From positions 7,070,001-7,134,000 of the forward strand of contig CM052832.1 of the NCBI GenBank assembly GCA_028534125.1: a stretch of 64,000 nt of DNA. The letters run 5' to 3'. A program made the translations under genes and the position numbers. Source of the DNA: Lama glama. Taxonomy: Eukaryota. The notes beneath the pieces are model-generated. The model was given only the letters and a program-made list of their open reading frames with translations, was not told the DNA's origin and did no database searches. Each line of letters opens with the position of its first letter. The stretch's first letter is position 1. Below, piece by piece: positions 60,210-64,000 of this stretch.

Positions 60210-60900
60210 GTTTTTCGAAAGGTCATTAGCAATTAGTTCCCTGTGGAAATAGAGGAAAGTCGAAAAGAGGCCCTTGGAGGAGGTTCAGAGAAATTCATTC
60301 AGCAGGCAAGGCTGGCCCAGACCAGGAGGGTCCCGCCCTCTGTCGGGGACCACGGCTGCACTGCCCACCTACAGCAGGGACCGTGGAAAAGGAATTAAGG
60401 GAGCAAACTGGAGATAAGATGGAGGCTCCGGCTCTCCTTTGAAGCTTAATTAAAGCAAACTGATCAGCCTTACGCTGGACAGGCTGCAGCCTTCCCAAAT
60501 GGCAGAGATAATCGCTAGCAGGGAGCGATGTTATTCCAGAGGAGGGGGTGAGGAGGAAGCCGGCGGAGGCTTCCAGTGCAGTAGAGAAAAAGCTAAACTG
60601 TGATAATTAAATACAAATCCTGCCTGGGGACTGAAAAAGAAAGTCTTGCTCTTTCCAGATAAGGGGGAAAGGGACCAGGAGGAGAAATGGATTCAGGGCC
60701 ATCTACATTTAATTTATTTCTGGTAGATCCTAACCGATGTCTAGGGGACCAAACCAGCCTGTCACCAAAGTCACAAAGCCATCTCAGATATGTGCAGGGT
60801 GTACCCCATCCCGCTCCTAGACCACCAGCACCTTTTATGATTTTTTTATACTTAAAATACTTGGCAGGGCTGACGTCACCCAATGAAATCAACCTGAGGT
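60210..60900. promoter_or_regulatory. Candidate enhancer rich in homeodomain motifs, with a CRE and CCAAT box
   Basis: No recognisable repeat. Motifs include CATTAGCAATTAG, CTTTGAA (60437), TTAATTAA (60446), TGATAATTAAA (60601), and a perfect TGACGTCA (60871-60878) next to CCAAT (60880). Confidence 0.4.
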
Positions 60901-61869
60901 GTCATCTGCAGCTCTGAGGGGCTCCCCAAAAGTTTTCTGGAGCCCAGCCCTAAAGAACCACGGCTCACCTTTTTCTAATATCACAGGAAAATATGTCCTC
61001 CTTCCCGGGCCCGCCTGCCAACCTCTGTGAGTGAAGGGGAGGTCTCCACTGGGTGTGTGTGGTTGCTGCTTTTGCCGTTGACTTGCCTGCTGCTGGTTTC
61101 TGTACACAAGGCAGCCTAGTAGACTGAGTCTGAGTCAGAAGACCAAAACTCCGAGCCCTTCCCCTCCAGCCCTTGGGCCACAGGCCCTCCGCCCCGGAGC
61201 AGGCGTGTCTGAGACAGGGCCCAAGCCAAGGCTCAGAGGCGTCCACCTGCTGGGTGGGTGGGCCGCGGAGGGTGAGCCAGGGAAGGGAAGGGAAGCTGGC
61301 GGCAGCCAGGGTCCTGACTCTTCCAGGGACCCAGGAACACCCGGCAGGGAGGGGCCATTATCGGTGAGGCCACTGTTTGCTGCTGGCCACAGAATAAGAT
61401 TTCACCCTCCTGTTAAGATGTTGATACATGTCTGTCTCATCTTCCTCTTTAAAGTTCGACATTCTTGGAGAATACAATGTGACTTCCACTCAAAGCCATT
61501 CCAACGTTACTTAAGAGAAGTTGCTCTAATGTCCCCTTTCACAGCAAGAAAACAGAGGCACAGAGAGGTACGGAATCAGGAGGAAGCCAAGAGGAGCCTC
61601 GGCCTATATGGAGGGGCCCTGAGGATCCTTCAGGAGGCTTGGAGAAGCCTAAGCACCTAAGCAGCATTTGCTCCCCAAAGCCCCCATGTCAGGGTTACAG
61701 GACCTGGCCCACGGAACCTGACGGCCGACTGCCTGCACAGGCCCGCAAGTTTCCCAGGCCTGGCCTACACCATGGAGGGCGAGGTCCTGGGCAGACAGTG
61801 GCTAAAGGACCATGCGTTCTACCCTTACCCCCAAACCCAGGTCTGTGAACAGAGCAGGTTCCATCAGAC

Positions 61870-62385
61870 AGAGCCCAGGCCCTTGTGCTCTTCTCCAGGA
61901 ATGACAGCTGGCCCTGGACCCCAGAGAGTGAAAACGTGAAAATCAGCCCTGCTCCTCATCAGACGGAGACCTCCCGAAAAGACTCCGACGAGCTCCGAGG
62001 CCAAGCCAACAAAATTCCATGTTTCTCCCCAGGCCACACCATGCTGCAAAGTGACTACCGGTCCCCTTCTGTTAGTGACTGCCTTGCCGGTGACATCCCC
62101 AGCCCTGCCTCTTTTCTCCTGCCCAGGAGATTGCTGAGATACCCAGTGACTAAACACACCACACCACGTCCGCGTGCAGCCTGGGGTAGCGCTCGTGTCC
62201 CCGGGTCCACCTACCATCATTCGGTATGAGCCCAGATCTTCTCAAAAGCCCCTCCCCAGTCCTTCCTCCTGGGATGCCTGTGGCTCTCTGGGGCACGCTC
62301 CCCCTTGCTGCAGCAAGAGCGTGAACCTGACTTTGGGCGAGGACACATGCATTCTTGGTGGTTCTTTTCTGGGCGAGAGCAACGT
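61870..62385 (+). mobile_element. Possible old solo LTR
   Basis: The 3' part (ctcccccttgctgcagcaag...aacctgactttg...ttcttggtggttcttt) resembles the U5 end of old ERVL-type LTRs. The family was not identified. Confidence 0.35.
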
Positions 62386-64000
62386 GGGGACGAAGGAGCT
62401 CAGGCTCAGCCCTGCTTCCGACCACAGCCTCTGCAAACCCAGCTTCCACAGGGATGATAAAGATGCTCTGCTGAGATGTCGCCTTGTTATCAACACCAGG
62501 TTCTCCAGAGAGAGGTCACGGGCCCCTACCATGCAGTAAACGGCTTTCTCTCTTCTTCCCGTGTCTCCCGGAGGCTGTGTCTCCAGTTTGTGGCCAGGGT
62601 TCCACGACAAAAGCAGAGGGACACCCTGAGCTCTGAAATGAATGTGTTGTTTCTGTCTCATTATTGCTATTTAAAATTTTTATGTTGAAAATTGTCTTAT
62701 TTTTTTCTGATTTAGAAGTGGTCAAGAGTGCCCCCAAGATCCAAACAACTCTAGAAAAAATGTAAGAAACTAAAAGTAACCTGAAATCTGTTCATCACCA
62801 TTAACATTTTGGGAGCCTGTCAGTATATCTCCGTCTGTGAACTTACATCCACTTTCTCTCTAAGTGGGAGAGCATGCGTACTGGTGTTCTTACACAGCGC
62901 AGACCACTTTTCTCCTTTACGGTCTTTTTTTCCTCATCTCCCACCTCCCCCTCTTCCACACTGCCCCTCCAGGGCATCAGTGCCGCCTAACATGCCTCCC
63001 TCCACCTTGATCTCCATTCTGCTTTCTCCACACAGCAGTGGAGTGTGATAAAAGCCTGCTCCTGAGAAGGTCTAGGTTTTGACAATGGACCCTGGATGAA
63101 GAGACAGAGACAGAGCTCCCCATGTGCAATTAAGGAATCTGAGTAGAAGTCGGAAGACCTCTAACCCATAGATGCTGGATGAGTTGCTGTGATTTTAAAG
63201 ATTGTTGCTGGTCCATCACTGAGTTCTGCTCAGGACATGCTGACTGGAAGGATGCACACAACAGCCCCAGATGGCCTCCTCCTCTTCCCCTCAAGGTGAA
63301 AGTTGGACAGGGTGAGAGGGGGGTTGTATGCCAATCTAAACACCCTTTAGATGGTACTTCCAGTCCGTTCTCTGTGTGTGGCAGTGATTTGGCCAGGATG
63401 TCACCAAACCAGGGTGTGTCCAGCCTGCCTGGTGACTCCACTCCCCACACACCAACCTCCCCACCAACTGAAAAGAACTCAACCCTGCCAGGCGGGATTG
63501 CCCTCTGCTCTCTCATCTAATTATTCCAGATCTTGGTTTTCCAGTCCATCACCAGCATGGGTTCACCATATTCGCTTCATGCCTGTCCGTTCACGCTATT
63601 TGTTCACTCTCTTGACGTGGCTCAAGACACCCGCCATGGCCCATGGCTACTTCGTAATGCATTGCTCTCCACTGTGTACGATAAAGGTGGATGTCATTTT
63701 AACCAACTCTACCTTTTCAAAACTCTGAGGTACCCTGAAGATGAATTTGATGGTCATTATTTGTTAGAACCAATGCATTGCATAAGAAAGGACTGCCCTA
63801 ACTGGGGCTACAAAAAAGACAGGATTTGTACCCAGTGTATCAAGAGCATATTTGTTGCATTAAAGAGAGCAGCGCGTCACGTCTGGGCCCCTGTCTGTGT
63901 GTGTGTGTGTTTCTGCATCTGTAAGTCTGGGCCTCTGGTCTCTGGCCTTTTAAATCAGGACCAGGTTGCCTGCCACATCCCTCTCTCCTGCCTGTCACTC

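Noticed and set aside
63250..63730. Possible second ancient LINE relic on the minus strand
   Set aside because: Only one or two weak peptide resemblances, with no collinear motif series.
1..64000. CRISPR arrays, operons, rRNA/snRNA genes, NUMTs, processed pseudogenes
   Set aside because: No repeat-spacer periodicity, no prokaryotic gene density, and no recognisable structural RNA or mRNA-derived sequence were seen.

Overview
This window is mammalian nuclear DNA, probably from a camelid. The evidence is four tRNA-Ala(AGC)-derived SINEs of the camelid Vic-1 type, with no Alu, B1/B2, Bov-tA, PRE1 or CAN-SINE seen. It is gene-poor and full of old interspersed repeats (L1, L2, MIR, CR1/L3, MLT1/MLT2 LTRs, MER DNA transposons) and has two assembly gaps. 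The only well-supported coding sequence is a CpG-island-like terminal exon on the minus strand (43737->43157). That exon has a clean splice acceptor, a Pro/Ser/Ala-rich region, a C-terminal heptad (coiled-coil) helix, a stop codon and tandem AATAAA signals about 650 nt downstream. I do not recognise the gene and cannot securely place its upstream exons. Apart from pieces of L1 ORF2 and a possible RTE relic, the remaining ORFs in the track look like chance open frames. Several repeat-poor blocks rich in homeodomain, TCF, PBX-HOX, CRE or AP-1 motifs look like enhancers. The best leads are the unidentified coiled-coil exon, a heavily decayed RTE-clade LINE relic at about 330-1175, a SINE copy that still folds like tRNA-Ala and has its own TTTT terminator, and small recent insertions or duplications. 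I found no evidence of a new multi-component biological system. Repeat family names come from recalled consensus similarity rather than a database search, and most repeat boundaries are approximate.
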